Virus record (IMG/VR): IMGVR_UViG_3300028008_000009
Span: 38,439 to 102,438 of that record
Length of the DNA: 64,000 nucleotides
Direction: 5' to 3' (one strand)
DNA from: a virus
The first letter of the stretch is position 1. Each line of letters begins with the position of its first letter. The notes under the pieces are model-generated. The model saw only the letters and a list, made by a program, of their open reading frames with translations. It was not told the origin of the DNA and did no database searches. Both the position numbers and the translations under genes were made by a program. Shown piece after piece: positions 8,531 through 18,657 of the stretch.

Positions 8531-10178
8531 CTGTATCTCCTTCTCCACCTAAATCATTAATTGGTGATGTATCATCACTCATATCTATATCATCGCCTAC
8601 TTCATTTTCGGCATCCACATCTGTTGGTTCAAACGTGTCTAGGTCTGTGTTTCTAATACCCATACCGCCTAAATCAGTTTGTGAATCGCTAGTAAATGAT
8701 TCGTCGCTGTTTTCTTCTTTCCACATACGCTCGTTATTAATAAGCTCGTCTTCTGACAGCCCTAGGTACTTGCTCATAATAAATCTCTTAGACATATATG
8801 GTGTTGCTTCTATTTGTGAGAATAGACTTGCACGTGCTGTATCTAATTCTAATTCTCTGTATTGACTAAAGCTCTGTGGTTCAATAAAGTTTAATTCAAA
8901 TAAACTACTTGAAACTTCGATACCTCTGTTCTTTAAGAACATTTTAAACTCTTTATCAATTGGTGGAAGTATTATGTTTTGTAGTCTTTCACAGTATTTG
9001 CTGAACCTAAATTCTTGTATCATTGCTGTGCCAACTCGTCCGTCAGTGTATGATGCTGATCCGTCCTCAGCTCCTGTTGGTAAGTAACTACTTGGTATAC
9101 GTAGTCCACGCATTAGTTTGTTATTGAAATATTTTAAGTCATCAATTTCGCCTAGGTTTTCACCACCTGGTAAAACTTCAACTTTAGATCCACGTCCTTC
9201 TGCTGTTTGGGCAAAGAAGTAATCTTCCATGATTGACAGCGGGTTATACGCTGCATCCATAACTTTTGTTCCACCACCACTCATATTTGGAATACGTGTT
9301 TGGTGAACTTCGTTCTTTGTTCGCTCAACAAAACTCATAGCTTTATGCGGTGGTAAGTTACCAACGTCTACATAAAATACTCTACGTTCTGGAGCTCTTT
9401 GAACACGATAGATAATAATACTATCTTCTAATAATTCTTTTTGTTTGTATACTTTAAATACACTATCAAGGATACTGTTACCAAATGGCCATGCATTTGT
9501 TAATCCATCGCTTAATGCGATATGCAATACGTTTGTTGAATCAACAGCAAACTCTGACATTTGGGCGCCTGGTGCACCTGTTTGTATTATTCCTGCATTT
9601 GATCTATTGCTAGTTAACACAGTTGAACTTGCATTAACATCAGAAGTTTGTTTTGTGTCTACTGCAACTAGATCTTGTAAATTTAAACTAATATTTTTAA
9701 TCAAATATTGTTCTACTTCTTTACCTTTACTTTCGTTAACAATAACTTTAGAAACATCTTGCACATTAACCCAAAATAATTTATATGTTTCTGGATCTCT
9801 AATAAAGAATTGATCGCCATACTTAATACAACTACGGAACAATCCATGTATTCTTCTATCAAAGTCGTTGATGTTGCACCATTGTTTAAGTGCAGTTTCT
9901 AATCCAACAACTTCTGATTCAGTTGCTTCTTCTTTGTAATTAATTTTAAATGGAAGCCTGGTGTCTATGTCTGATTGTGTACTAAATTCAGCAATTGTAT
10001 CTAATGCTGAGTTAATCTCACTATCTTGGTCCATAATATCATATTGAGTATAACGTTCAACACGATTTGGTTGTCCGCTGTATACTTCAGGAAGCCAACT
10101 GGCCCATCTGTTTGTTTTTTGTCCAAAAGATCCGGAATTACCAGGATCATATTTTGTAAAATGTTTTTTCCAACTCAT
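8520..10178 (-). CDS. gp20: Portal vertex protein (T4 gp20 family)
   Basis: Motifs LLEDSIIIYRVQRAPERRVFYVDVGNLP, EDYFF, GRGSKVEVLPGGENLGEIDD and LRIPSS. Confidence 0.95.
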   Translation of the reverse strand: MSWKKHFTKYDPGNSGSFGQKTNRWASWLPEVYSGQPNRVERYTQYDIMDQDSEINSALDTIAEFSTQSDIDTRLPFKINYKEEATESEVVGLETALKQWCNINDFDRRIHGLFRSCIKYGDQFFIRDPETYKLFWVNVQDVSKVIVNESKGKEVEQYLIKNISLNLQDLVAVDTKQTSDVNASSTVLTSNRSNAGIIQTGAPGAQMSEFAVDSTNVLHIALSDGLTNAWPFGNSILDSVFKVYKQKELLEDSIIIYRVQRAPERRVFYVDVGNLPPHKAMSFVERTKNEVHQTRIPNMSGGGTKVMDAAYNPLSIMEDYFFAQTAEGRGSKVEVLPGGENLGEIDDLKYFNNKLMRGLRIPSSYLPTGAEDGSASYTDGRVGTAMIQEFRFSKYCERLQNIILPPIDKEFKMFLKNRGIEVSSSLFELNFIEPQSFSQYRELELDTARASLFSQIEATPYMSKRFIMSKYLGLSEDELINNERMWKEENSDESFTSDSQTDLGGMGIRNTDLDTFEPTDVDAENEVGDDIDMSDDTSPINDLGGEGDTDEI

Positions 10179-10208
10179 ATTATTTAGGTACCTTTGTTAT
10201 AAGTGTAT

Positions 10209-13200
10209 TTATCTAGAGTTCATCATACGAGTGTTTATTTTTGATTTCTCGTTAATGTTGTAGCGTTTAACTATGTCTTGCAATACTTTTACTGTTTCTA
10301 TTGTTGATCTTTTAGCATCAATTAACGCAGATAAATCTTGACTATTGTTCATTATAGCAGGATTTGTTAGTTTTGTCAAGTCTCTTTGTATATCCTGTAG
10401 TTTAGTAGACATTTGATTATCTGCTGGTGCTACTTGAGGTATTTGTGTGTTATCTTCTACTACTGTGTTTACTTCAGTTTCACTGGGTACTTCTGTAGGT
10501 GTTCTATTTTCATCAGCAAGTGTTCTATCTGAATTAAATTGTTCAGACATTTCTTCAAATAACATTTTATTAGTAGATAGATTGTCTGAGAATGTTTTAT
10601 TATCTCCAGATAAGCGTTCAGACATTTCTTCAAATAACATTTTATTAGTAGATAGATTGTCTGAGAATGTTTTATTGTCTCCAGATAAGCGTTCTAAAAC
10701 TTGATTTAAGTATGTCTTATCAGTTAACATGCTATCTAAGAGTTTTTTATTTTCTTCGCCAAGTTGTTCTAACAACGTGGCCATATGCGTTTGATTGTCT
10801 GATAAATCAGGTGTTTGTTCAAGTTTATTATTTTCACCAACAAGTATTTTATTCTCTTCAGATAATTGTTCTATTATATCAAATAATCTTTGTTGACTAG
10901 TTAATGATTCCGCAAATCTTTTATTTTCATTAATAAGTTCTACATTCTGTTCAGTTAGTTGTGATATTTGACTGTTTGATAATGCAGGAATTTTTGCAGT
11001 ATCAGTGATAAGTTTTTTATTATCATCAATGAGTATATTATTTTCATCAATGAGAGTTTTATTCTCATTGAGTAATTGTTCTAGTTGTTCATTTGTTCCA
11101 GCTATATGCGAATCAATCTTTTTTGTATTATCTTGACTTATTTGATCTTTGAGATCTTTATTACTAACTATTTGTCCTGATTGATCTGGCACAAACATTT
11201 CTGCTGTGTCCATGCCCAATTCGTCACCAACAATATATGGTAGTCCAGCTGCAACTGGTCCACCGTGTTTTCTTTGAGGAACAGCGTCACCTACTAGGTT
11301 TACTTGCGCTCCAAGAGAACTGCCATCTACATTGTTTTCGGTAATAGGTTCTTCAAAAAATTTCAAAAGACTATTATCTTCTTTATTAAAGATTTTATCA
11401 CCTGAACCTGAGTAAACAACACCTAAGTTTTGATCAAGTGTAGATTTACCTGTTTCAGAATCAACACCGGTTGTAAGATCACCCGCTGCCATTGATTCTT
11501 TTAATAAGTCATATGCTGATCTGCCTGCTAAATTACCATCGCTATCTGATATTACAAACTGTGCTATTACGCCGGCATTTTGTGCTGTTTCTTCTTGCAG
11601 TGTGCCGTCTTCATTTTCGTCTCGTTCGGTTTTACCGCCTGTCATATTAATAAATTGTGCTGGCCCACCTGCTTCTACAACAGCATCCATTTTTTTGTCA
11701 TATGTATCTAATGCTACAATTAATTTTTCAGCGAACCCGGCATCAACAGTATTAATGTATGCAACTGCACCTTCTAAATTTTTAACATATTCAAGTCCTG
11801 CTGATTCTAACATTTCTAATGTTAGTTTTCCTTCGTTTTCTCGCATGGCTGTAATTATAGCACCTGCATCACTGGCTCTATCTACCTCTACATCGTTGTC
11901 GATTTCTCTTTCAACATCTGGATTAACTTCAGGTCTTTGTACTGCTGATGTATCTGCTACAATACCTGCTAGTGATTCAGCAACTCTTTCGTTATCACCG
12001 CCTGCACCACCAAAGTCATTTAGTTCATCTCCAAAACCTATTAGTGCTATTATTTTGTCTAATTCTTTTTTGCCACTCTTTAAGCTAGATGTTAACATGT
12101 CAAACAGTCCTGCGGTGGTTTCCATATCAACTGTTAATGCTTCCTGTACTGCAATAAACTTTTCACCCATTTCATTCATAGCTAAAACTGTTTTTCCAGA
12201 CTCTTTCAAATCTTTTTGAGAAGTTACGATTTTATCCTCAATTGCTTGTGAATCTGCTAGTTTGCCAAGATCTCTTTCTACTACACTGAATTCAGCAGCC
12301 AATGTTAATAATGCAGATGAAAATTTATCACCGGCGTTTCCTGCGGCTGCTAGTTTAGTTTGGTCTGCATTAGAAAGTGCATCAACTATGAATGATAAAA
12401 ATCCTTCAGCTGGTGCAACACCAGATTTTGTCATTCTTTCTATATCTTCTACTATGTTTACATTCATAGCTGTCAGTTGAGCTTCAAGTCCTGGAGATAT
12501 GTTTTCTAAGACTGCACTCATATCAAAGTTTGTTGGATCGCCAACTGATTTGTATGCAGCTATATTGTAAGCATCTAATAGACCTTGCAGACTCGGAGCT
12601 TTTTCACTCATAAGTTTTACTCCTTGTGCAATCTCTTTTTGTACTTCTGCTGCTTCTGGGAATCCGTTTTTAATAAGTTCTCTTTGTGCTGCTGATCCAT
12701 AATCATCTAATGCTTCCATTGATGCTCGCATGGCTTCTTGACGTGTTAGTGATGTTAAGTTTGCAACTGCTCCGGCTTCTATTTGCATATCAATAAATGT
12801 GCCATTCATTTCTTCAGCACCCTGATTTAGACTCTTATGAAACTGACCAGTTCTACGTTGAAAAGATATAAACTCACCATATGCTGACAGCATATCTTTT
12901 GAGCTCATTCCTAAGTCTCCAAAACTTTCTGCTGTTTTATCTAACTGTTTATAGTATTTTACAAATTGTGTACTACCAGAACTAACACTATCACCAAGTC
13001 CTAGCATACCATCACTAAATGTTCCTAGGGTGTTGGATAGATGCAAGTATGTATTACCTGTGTCTTGTATTCCTTTTCTTAATTCATCGTATGCTGCTGC
13101 GCCGCCATTAAATAAAATACCACTATCTATCATTTTTGCTTGTATTGATGCAAACTGTTCTAATTTGGCTGCATTCCAACCTGCATATGCTAAGAAGGCG

Positions 13201-13670
13201 TCTACTGCAACATTTAAAGTTGTTCCTACACCAGCCATGACAGCACCTGTGCTGTTTGTCATTTTTTCAAAGATCTTAAAACCGCCGCCAGTTGCTTTGG
13301 CACCTGCTGCTAGTTTACTGACTCCATCTGTCATTGCAGTTAATGGCTTTTCGTGATTATTAAAGAAGCCCATTGCTCTATCTAGTTTACTAGAAGCTCT
13401 GACTACCTTTTTCGTAAATTTTTCTTGTTCGGTATCTGATTTATCATCTGCTTTAATATCAACACTTGTTGCTTTTGCCAGTCCGCTAATTTCAGCTTGC
13501 AGATCGCCTAAGTCGCCACCAACTTTTTTCATTACCTTATGGAACATTGCATCAGTTTTTGCTGTTTGGGCCATGTAGCTTGCTACTTGTCCCATTGTTG
13601 CTTCTGAGGCCCATGCTGGTACTTGTATTTCTTCTCCGCCAATTAACAGAGTATGCATTTTATCAGCCAT
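10209..13670 (-). CDS. Tape-measure-like protein B
   Basis: 1153-aa helical A/G-rich protein with the tape-measure C-terminal motif HGGPVAAGLPYIVGD...EMFVPDQSGQIVSN, followed by a coiled-coil tail. Confidence 0.65.
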   Translation of the reverse strand: MADKMHTLLIGGEEIQVPAWASEATMGQVASYMAQTAKTDAMFHKVMKKVGGDLGDLQAEISGLAKATSVDIKADDKSDTEQEKFTKKVVRASSKLDRAMGFFNNHEKPLTAMTDGVSKLAAGAKATGGGFKIFEKMTNSTGAVMAGVGTTLNVAVDAFLAYAGWNAAKLEQFASIQAKMIDSGILFNGGAAAYDELRKGIQDTGNTYLHLSNTLGTFSDGMLGLGDSVSSGSTQFVKYYKQLDKTAESFGDLGMSSKDMLSAYGEFISFQRRTGQFHKSLNQGAEEMNGTFIDMQIEAGAVANLTSLTRQEAMRASMEALDDYGSAAQRELIKNGFPEAAEVQKEIAQGVKLMSEKAPSLQGLLDAYNIAAYKSVGDPTNFDMSAVLENISPGLEAQLTAMNVNIVEDIERMTKSGVAPAEGFLSFIVDALSNADQTKLAAAGNAGDKFSSALLTLAAEFSVVERDLGKLADSQAIEDKIVTSQKDLKESGKTVLAMNEMGEKFIAVQEALTVDMETTAGLFDMLTSSLKSGKKELDKIIALIGFGDELNDFGGAGGDNERVAESLAGIVADTSAVQRPEVNPDVEREIDNDVEVDRASDAGAIITAMRENEGKLTLEMLESAGLEYVKNLEGAVAYINTVDAGFAEKLIVALDTYDKKMDAVVEAGGPAQFINMTGGKTERDENEDGTLQEETAQNAGVIAQFVISDSDGNLAGRSAYDLLKESMAAGDLTTGVDSETGKSTLDQNLGVVYSGSGDKIFNKEDNSLLKFFEEPITENNVDGSSLGAQVNLVGDAVPQRKHGGPVAAGLPYIVGDELGMDTAEMFVPDQSGQIVSNKDLKDQISQDNTKKIDSHIAGTNEQLEQLLNENKTLIDENNILIDDNKKLITDTAKIPALSNSQISQLTEQNVELINENKRFAESLTSQQRLFDIIEQLSEENKILVGENNKLEQTPDLSDNQTHMATLLEQLGEENKKLLDSMLTDKTYLNQVLERLSGDNKTFSDNLSTNKMLFEEMSERLSGDNKTFSDNLSTNKMLFEEMSEQFNSDRTLADENRTPTEVPSETEVNTVVEDNTQIPQVAPADNQMSTKLQDIQRDLTKLTNPAIMNNSQDLSALIDAKRSTIETVKVLQDIVKRYNINEKSKINTRMMNSR
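10541..10694. repeat. 75-bp in-frame tandem duplication (2 copies, 1 mismatch)
   Basis: 10541-10615 versus 10616-10690. Encodes ERLSGDNKTFSDNLSTNKMLFEEMS twice. Confidence 0.95.
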
Positions 13671-16600
13671 CGCTACGCTCCCTTTCTAGATTTTGTAATT
13701 TTTTCATTTCAACTGCTAGTTGTGATTCTAACATTATTAATTCGTTTATATCAGCTTCGTTTGTTTCATGTGGATATATTGTAGAATACTGGTCTTGTTC
13801 TTCGTTGATCTGTTCAATTCTGTTAGTCAATGTTTCAATTGTTGCTTGTACAACAATTACGTTTTCTATAACTACTTCATCTTGTGTATCTGTAGCAGTT
13901 GATTTTTTGTCTTCTGCAACTATTGGAGTTAATGAAGTTGTGTCAGTTGTTTCCGTAGAATTATTTTCTAATATTCTTTTTCCATCATTGTAATCTTTTA
14001 ATTGTTGTGCTGGCAATTCATTGCCCATTGCAATTCTCATTGTGGTTGCTGCAACTTGATTCTCTGTCATTGGTACTCCAGGAACATACAATTCGTCAGC
14101 TATTAGAGTATCATTAGTAGAAAGAGAGGAGGTTGTTTCTTCTACAACTACAGTAGTTGTGGAAGAGGTTGTTTCTTGATTACTAAGTTGTTGTTCTTTT
14201 GTTGCTTTTCTTTCCCTTTCTAAATCTAATTGTGCCTTGCTTAGAGCGGTTGCAACTGATTCAATTGAGTGACTAGATCGATTGCCATTTCCATACACAC
14301 TGTTTCCAGTATCTGGATGCGGCAGACTTGCCCACTCACGTGCAAAATCTAGCATAGCATCTCGTATAGTGACAGTTGTATCTCCTTGCAGGTATGCAGC
14401 AAGTTTGGGTCTTTTTGCATAACCATCGTTTCCAACAAGTAATAATTTTCCTAATATGTCTTGGTTTTCTTCTGTAAACTTATCAGTTAAACTTAGTCCA
14501 CTATGTGGGAATATTTCTTGCATTGTGTCGGGTATAATTTGATATTTTCCAACTGCAAATAATCTATCTACATTGTTTGGATTTTTTATTTTTTGAAGCT
14601 CAAAGATTTCTGCAAACGTCATATCTTTTAATGCTTTTCCATCTCTATTTGTATTATGAGTTGATCCAATTATTCTGTCGTTTATTGTTCCTCTATTACT
14701 GCTATTATAACTTCCTTCGCCTTTTCCTATAAAATCTAATAAACGATCTACAGCTGACCCATCAACTGGTGCTGTAATATCTGGTGCATCAGAGTCTGTA
14801 GCCTCAGATGTTGTAAGCATACCCCAATTTTGTGTATTTTCTTTTTGCCCTTGGACATTACGCTGAAGTAACTCTTCTACTTGAGCAAGAGTTTCTTGCA
14901 ATGGTTGTGCTTCTTTTCTTGTTGTTCTAAGTTCTTGTTCGGCTTCGTTGAGATCATTTTGTGCGTTTACGATATTTGAACCATCTTTATCTGGTTGCAG
15001 TTTTGCTTCTTCAAGTTTAGATCTAAGTCTTTCTACAGTAGATAGTTTTCCATCTAAATTTAAAGACGCTAGTTCAATTTTTACATCATTGCGTTGTCGC
15101 ATAAGAACACGATTTTCATCTCGCAAATCATTTCGTCTTTGTTCTGAATCTGTTATTGCTTGACGTCTTTGATCCTTTGTTGCATCCGCAGGTAAAAATG
15201 TAGTGCTTCCACCAATAATAGTTCCTGTGTCAAGTTTAATTGTTTCTAATGAATTTTCTTTTGAGTCGTCGTTAATATTGTTATCAAGTCCAAATATAGA
15301 AGTCCACACAGATGCAAATCCATCTACTGACGTTGCCATAATGTTCATTACTTCGCCTGTGGTTCCAAATCCTGGTGTGATTAAATTTTGTGCTTGAATA
15401 AAAGCCTTGCTCATTCCACCAACAATATCAATAGAATCATCAGCACCATCAACTTTACCAGCTACAGCATCAAGTCTTGCTCGGATATCTGCCATTGTTC
15501 CTTGAAACATCTCAGGCTCTAATAGCATTGCTTGAGCTCTAATTTTTGAAACTTCTAACATGTCTGGAGATAGTCCATCTAGGATAGGACCTTTTCTGAT
15601 TAAATCTACCATCTGAGTCATAGCAAAAATAGTTTGTTCTTCTGTTTTTATTTCGTTTGTTTGGCCTAGTCTTGACATTTCGATAAACTTTTCTAACACA
15701 CCAGGTCCAAGCATTTGCATTTTTTTGATTAATTCGCTGCTCATGTTATTAATAGGCGTATCATCATACTGTATGTCGTTTGCCATATTTGCCATAACAG
15801 TAATTAGTTCTTTTCCTAATTCTTCTCCTAGCATTGGGCCAGCCAGCATCGCAAAAACATCATTAAACCTTAAAATATTATCTTGGGCATCTTCGCCAAA
15901 TTGGTCTCTATAAAAGTCTTGATTTTGCCTCATTGCTTGTTTGAAGTTAGCATTGTCACGTATTAATGCTCTTGAGTCCATTAGTTCTTGCCTACGTCCG
16001 CCCAATGAATCTGCTAGAAATAAACCTACTTTGTTTCCTGTTTCAAAACTACGTACAACTTTATTTTGTTCAATTTCGCTAAATTCATTTACTTCATTTA
16101 ACTCATACAATTGTTTTAATTCATCAGCCATTGCCATTGACAATTGTTTTGGTGCATATCCAAACTGATTCATACGTTTAAACATTTCTGGATTTTCTAA
16201 AAAGTCTAACAACTTACCAGAGCCGTATTGCAATGAACTGCCTATGCCTGTTAATACGTTTGATGTATTTTGCATTACTCCATTGTAATCAGCTAATGTC
16301 ATTCCTAATTGCGCAGCAGTATCACGCAGAGTTGTGTAGTTGTCTTGATCAGACATTACTAATCCCAAATCAATCATTGTTCTTAATTCTTTTTCTTGTT
16401 GAGATATTAATTTACTAAACACTGCTACTACACCGGCGCCGGCTGCTACACCACCTGTTAGCCAAGACGCACCTTTGGCAACTGCACTAATTTTTGGAAA
16501 GGAAGATGTTAATCCTGCTAATCCACCAGCACCGGCAGAAAGTGCTTCTGCTCCTGCGGCAGTTAATTCTGTAATTGCATCTAAACCAGACATGTCTCCG

Positions 16601-16881
16601 CGAACGCCGGCAAATCTGTCTGTATACTTTTTTGTTCTTCTTACACGTGCTGCATTAGCCGCCGAACTAGTTCTCAATTCGCTTGCAGTATCTGATATTG
16701 TTTTCTTTAATTTTTCTGCACCAGAAATACCATGTAATTCTTGAATTGCTATTGCCAGAGCTGTGGCTTTAACGGAATTTCTCGTTGACAAGGTAGCTAG
16801 TTTTCTAGCTGTTTCTTCACTTGCCCATGGATAATTTGCATATACTTGGTCAAGTTGTTGTTTTAAAAGTTCTATGTCCAT
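13663..16881 (-). CDS. Tape-measure-like protein A with a lysozyme-fold (lambda-R/GH104-like) muramidase domain
   Basis: 1072-aa helical protein. The domain at ~14240-14750 has LLDFIGKGEG, AVGKYQIIPDT, FTEENQD and AREWASLP. Confidence 0.7.
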   Translation of the reverse strand: MDIELLKQQLDQVYANYPWASEETARKLATLSTRNSVKATALAIAIQELHGISGAEKLKKTISDTASELRTSSAANAARVRRTKKYTDRFAGVRGDMSGLDAITELTAAGAEALSAGAGGLAGLTSSFPKISAVAKGASWLTGGVAAGAGVVAVFSKLISQQEKELRTMIDLGLVMSDQDNYTTLRDTAAQLGMTLADYNGVMQNTSNVLTGIGSSLQYGSGKLLDFLENPEMFKRMNQFGYAPKQLSMAMADELKQLYELNEVNEFSEIEQNKVVRSFETGNKVGLFLADSLGGRRQELMDSRALIRDNANFKQAMRQNQDFYRDQFGEDAQDNILRFNDVFAMLAGPMLGEELGKELITVMANMANDIQYDDTPINNMSSELIKKMQMLGPGVLEKFIEMSRLGQTNEIKTEEQTIFAMTQMVDLIRKGPILDGLSPDMLEVSKIRAQAMLLEPEMFQGTMADIRARLDAVAGKVDGADDSIDIVGGMSKAFIQAQNLITPGFGTTGEVMNIMATSVDGFASVWTSIFGLDNNINDDSKENSLETIKLDTGTIIGGSTTFLPADATKDQRRQAITDSEQRRNDLRDENRVLMRQRNDVKIELASLNLDGKLSTVERLRSKLEEAKLQPDKDGSNIVNAQNDLNEAEQELRTTRKEAQPLQETLAQVEELLQRNVQGQKENTQNWGMLTTSEATDSDAPDITAPVDGSAVDRLLDFIGKGEGSYNSSNRGTINDRIIGSTHNTNRDGKALKDMTFAEIFELQKIKNPNNVDRLFAVGKYQIIPDTMQEIFPHSGLSLTDKFTEENQDILGKLLLVGNDGYAKRPKLAAYLQGDTTVTIRDAMLDFAREWASLPHPDTGNSVYGNGNRSSHSIESVATALSKAQLDLERERKATKEQQLSNQETTSSTTTVVVEETTSSLSTNDTLIADELYVPGVPMTENQVAATTMRIAMGNELPAQQLKDYNDGKRILENNSTETTDTTSLTPIVAEDKKSTATDTQDEVVIENVIVVQATIETLTNRIEQINEEQDQYSTIYPHETNEADINELIMLESQLAVEMKKLQNLERERSDG

Positions 16882-16912
16882 TGCTTCTCTTAATTAACTG
16901 GTGTTTTAATCA

Positions 16913-16947
16913 GATAAATACTATTGTACTGTACTACAGTATTTATG
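16913..16947. promoter_or_regulatory. Face-to-face pair of late promoters
   Basis: GATAAATA (+, 16913-16920) and CATAAATA (-, 16947-16940) between divergent genes. Confidence 0.7.
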
Positions 16948-16957
16948 GAGATTAAAT

Positions 16958-17788
16958 ATGACGAATCCACTTATACAGGCATATAGGAAGCCTGCTTTGT
17001 ATGTTTCTTTGCCAAGTGGCGGGAATTATTATAAAGAAAAGCCTAAACTCAGCGTTGATGGTGAATTAGCTATCTATAGCATGACTGCTAGAGATGAACT
17101 AATTTCAAAAACACCTGATGCATTGTTCAATGGAGAAGCAACATTTAGTTTAATTAAAAGTTGTGCACCTGACATTGCTGATGCACATGATATGCCAGTT
17201 AATGACCTTATGGTTGTATTAATTGCTATACGCATGGCCAGTCATGGTGATACTATCAGTGTTGACATTAAATGTCCAAAGTGTTCGCACCTAAACCAAC
17301 TTGGTATTAGCACTGCCGGATTGTTGTCTACTGTTGAAGAAAACAAAAGTTCTGACCATATTATATTAGATAATGACTTTAAAGTTAACTGTAAACCTTA
17401 TAGTTTAGCAGACCGTACGCTGTTGCAAATACAACGTATTAAACAAGCTAAATTAATCGAAGGACTTAACAACGAAGATTTATCTGATGAAGAACGTCAG
17501 ATTAGATTTGGTGAGACTTTTATTGAGATTGCTGACATTACTGTTACTCTTATTGCAAATGCAATTACACAAGTAAGTCCACCAGAAGGTGAAAAAGTAG
17601 CTGATCATAATATGATATTGGAATGGTTAAAGAGCATTACCAAAGATGATTATGACAAGATCAAGAACTGTGTAGAAGATTTAAGTGAAAATAATATTGA
17701 CACTAAATTTGATGCAAGTTGTCAAGCATGTGAACATACTTGGAAAACAACAATAGATCTAGACATTGCAAATTTTTTCGTGGGTTGA
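16958..17788 (+). CDS. gp26: Baseplate hub / tail assembly chaperone (T4 gp26/gp51-like)
   Basis: LPSGG..Y, MTARDE and two CxxC pairs (CPKC, CQAC). It ends in NFF. Confidence 0.75.
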   Translation: MTNPLIQAYRKPALYVSLPSGGNYYKEKPKLSVDGELAIYSMTARDELISKTPDALFNGEATFSLIKSCAPDIADAHDMPVNDLMVVLIAIRMASHGDTISVDIKCPKCSHLNQLGISTAGLLSTVEENKSSDHIILDNDFKVNCKPYSLADRTLLQIQRIKQAKLIEGLNNEDLSDEERQIRFGETFIEIADITVTLIANAITQVSPPEGEKVADHNMILEWLKSITKDDYDKIKNCVEDLSENNIDTKFDASCQACEHTWKTTIDLDIANFFVG

Positions 17789-18027
17789 TAGCATCTCGAC
17801 AACCCGCTGAAATAGATGAAATATTAAAACGTTACAACAAAGATCTTGAACAAACTGAAGCCGGCTATTTAGACTTAGTTATTAAATCGGGAGGCTTGGT
17901 AAGTTATGAACAAATACTGGCAATGCCACTTGATGTATTGTCCATGTTTGTTGAGCGTTTGAATAAACATAGAGAAGAACAAAATCAGGCCGCTGCAGCA
18001 GCGTCAAAGCCTAAGGGCAGAAGATAA
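17770..18027 (+). CDS. Tail assembly chaperone C-terminal extension (gp51-like), probably reached by -1 frameshift
   Basis: -1 frame ORF with no ATG/SD start that overlaps the slippery run AAATTTTTTC. The motif SYEQILAMP is typical of tail chaperone extensions. Confidence 0.6.
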   Translation, partial: KFFRGLIASRQPAEIDEILKRYNKDLEQTEAGYLDLVIKSGGLVSYEQILAMPLDVLSMFVERLNKHREEQNQAAAAASKPKGRR

Positions 18028-18477
18028 TTACTGATCTAACATTATAGATTTGTAATACTCTGCAGGCCAGCTATCATAATAAGATGTTCTATGCAATGAT
18101 GCTCTACGTCTAAGCAACTCAGCTCTTATTTGAATTAAAATCACATTAGATATATTTTGAACAAAATGCCCAGAAGTTTTTGTACTTTGTAAGTACATTA
18201 AATCTGGGTTAAGTTCTGACATGGTGACTAAATCAATAGTATCTAAATCTACTTCATCACCAAAGTAACATACACCTACCATTTTTACTCTAGGATCAAA
18301 CTCAAGCATAGCATCAGGATTAGGACCACTGCAATCTATAAACTGTAGTTTATCTTGAACTCTGGCAGTCTTTGCATATGGACAAGTAGGATATCCATCT
18401 TCCTTGTTTACTTCTAATTGGTTTATCATCCAATCAGTAAAGTCTTGTTTAAATTGCTCAAAGTGTTTATTAGTCAT
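18028..18477 (-). CDS. Hypothetical protein with CPYA motif (DUF1415-like N-terminus)
   Basis: 149 aa, containing W...GYPTCPYAK. A late promoter TATAAATA lies at 18629-18622. Confidence 0.6.
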   Translation of the reverse strand: MTNKHFEQFKQDFTDWMINQLEVNKEDGYPTCPYAKTARVQDKLQFIDCSGPNPDAMLEFDPRVKMVGVCYFGDEVDLDTIDLVTMSELNPDLMYLQSTKTSGHFVQNISNVILIQIRAELLRRRASLHRTSYYDSWPAEYYKSIMLDQ

Positions 18478-18657
18478 AACTGTCCATTATCTATTATTAA
18501 GTTTAGTATATCGATGTCTTACGACATCATCATTATCACAAAGCTAACGCTTTGTTCAATGTATGTTTTTAAGAGTTAATATTAGTATCTATAAACAATA
18601 AGAACTTATTAACTACTATGTTATTTATATTAGCTTATTTCCTTGATTTTTTATTCA

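Noticed and set aside
870-16744. Many plus-strand ORFs in the track (for example 7195-8160 and 11602-12219)
   Set aside because: They are antisense shadows of recognisable minus-strand genes, Ser-rich as expected from reverse-complemented acidic codons, and lack SD or promoter support. The same applies to minus-strand ORFs across 24.9-61.1 kb.
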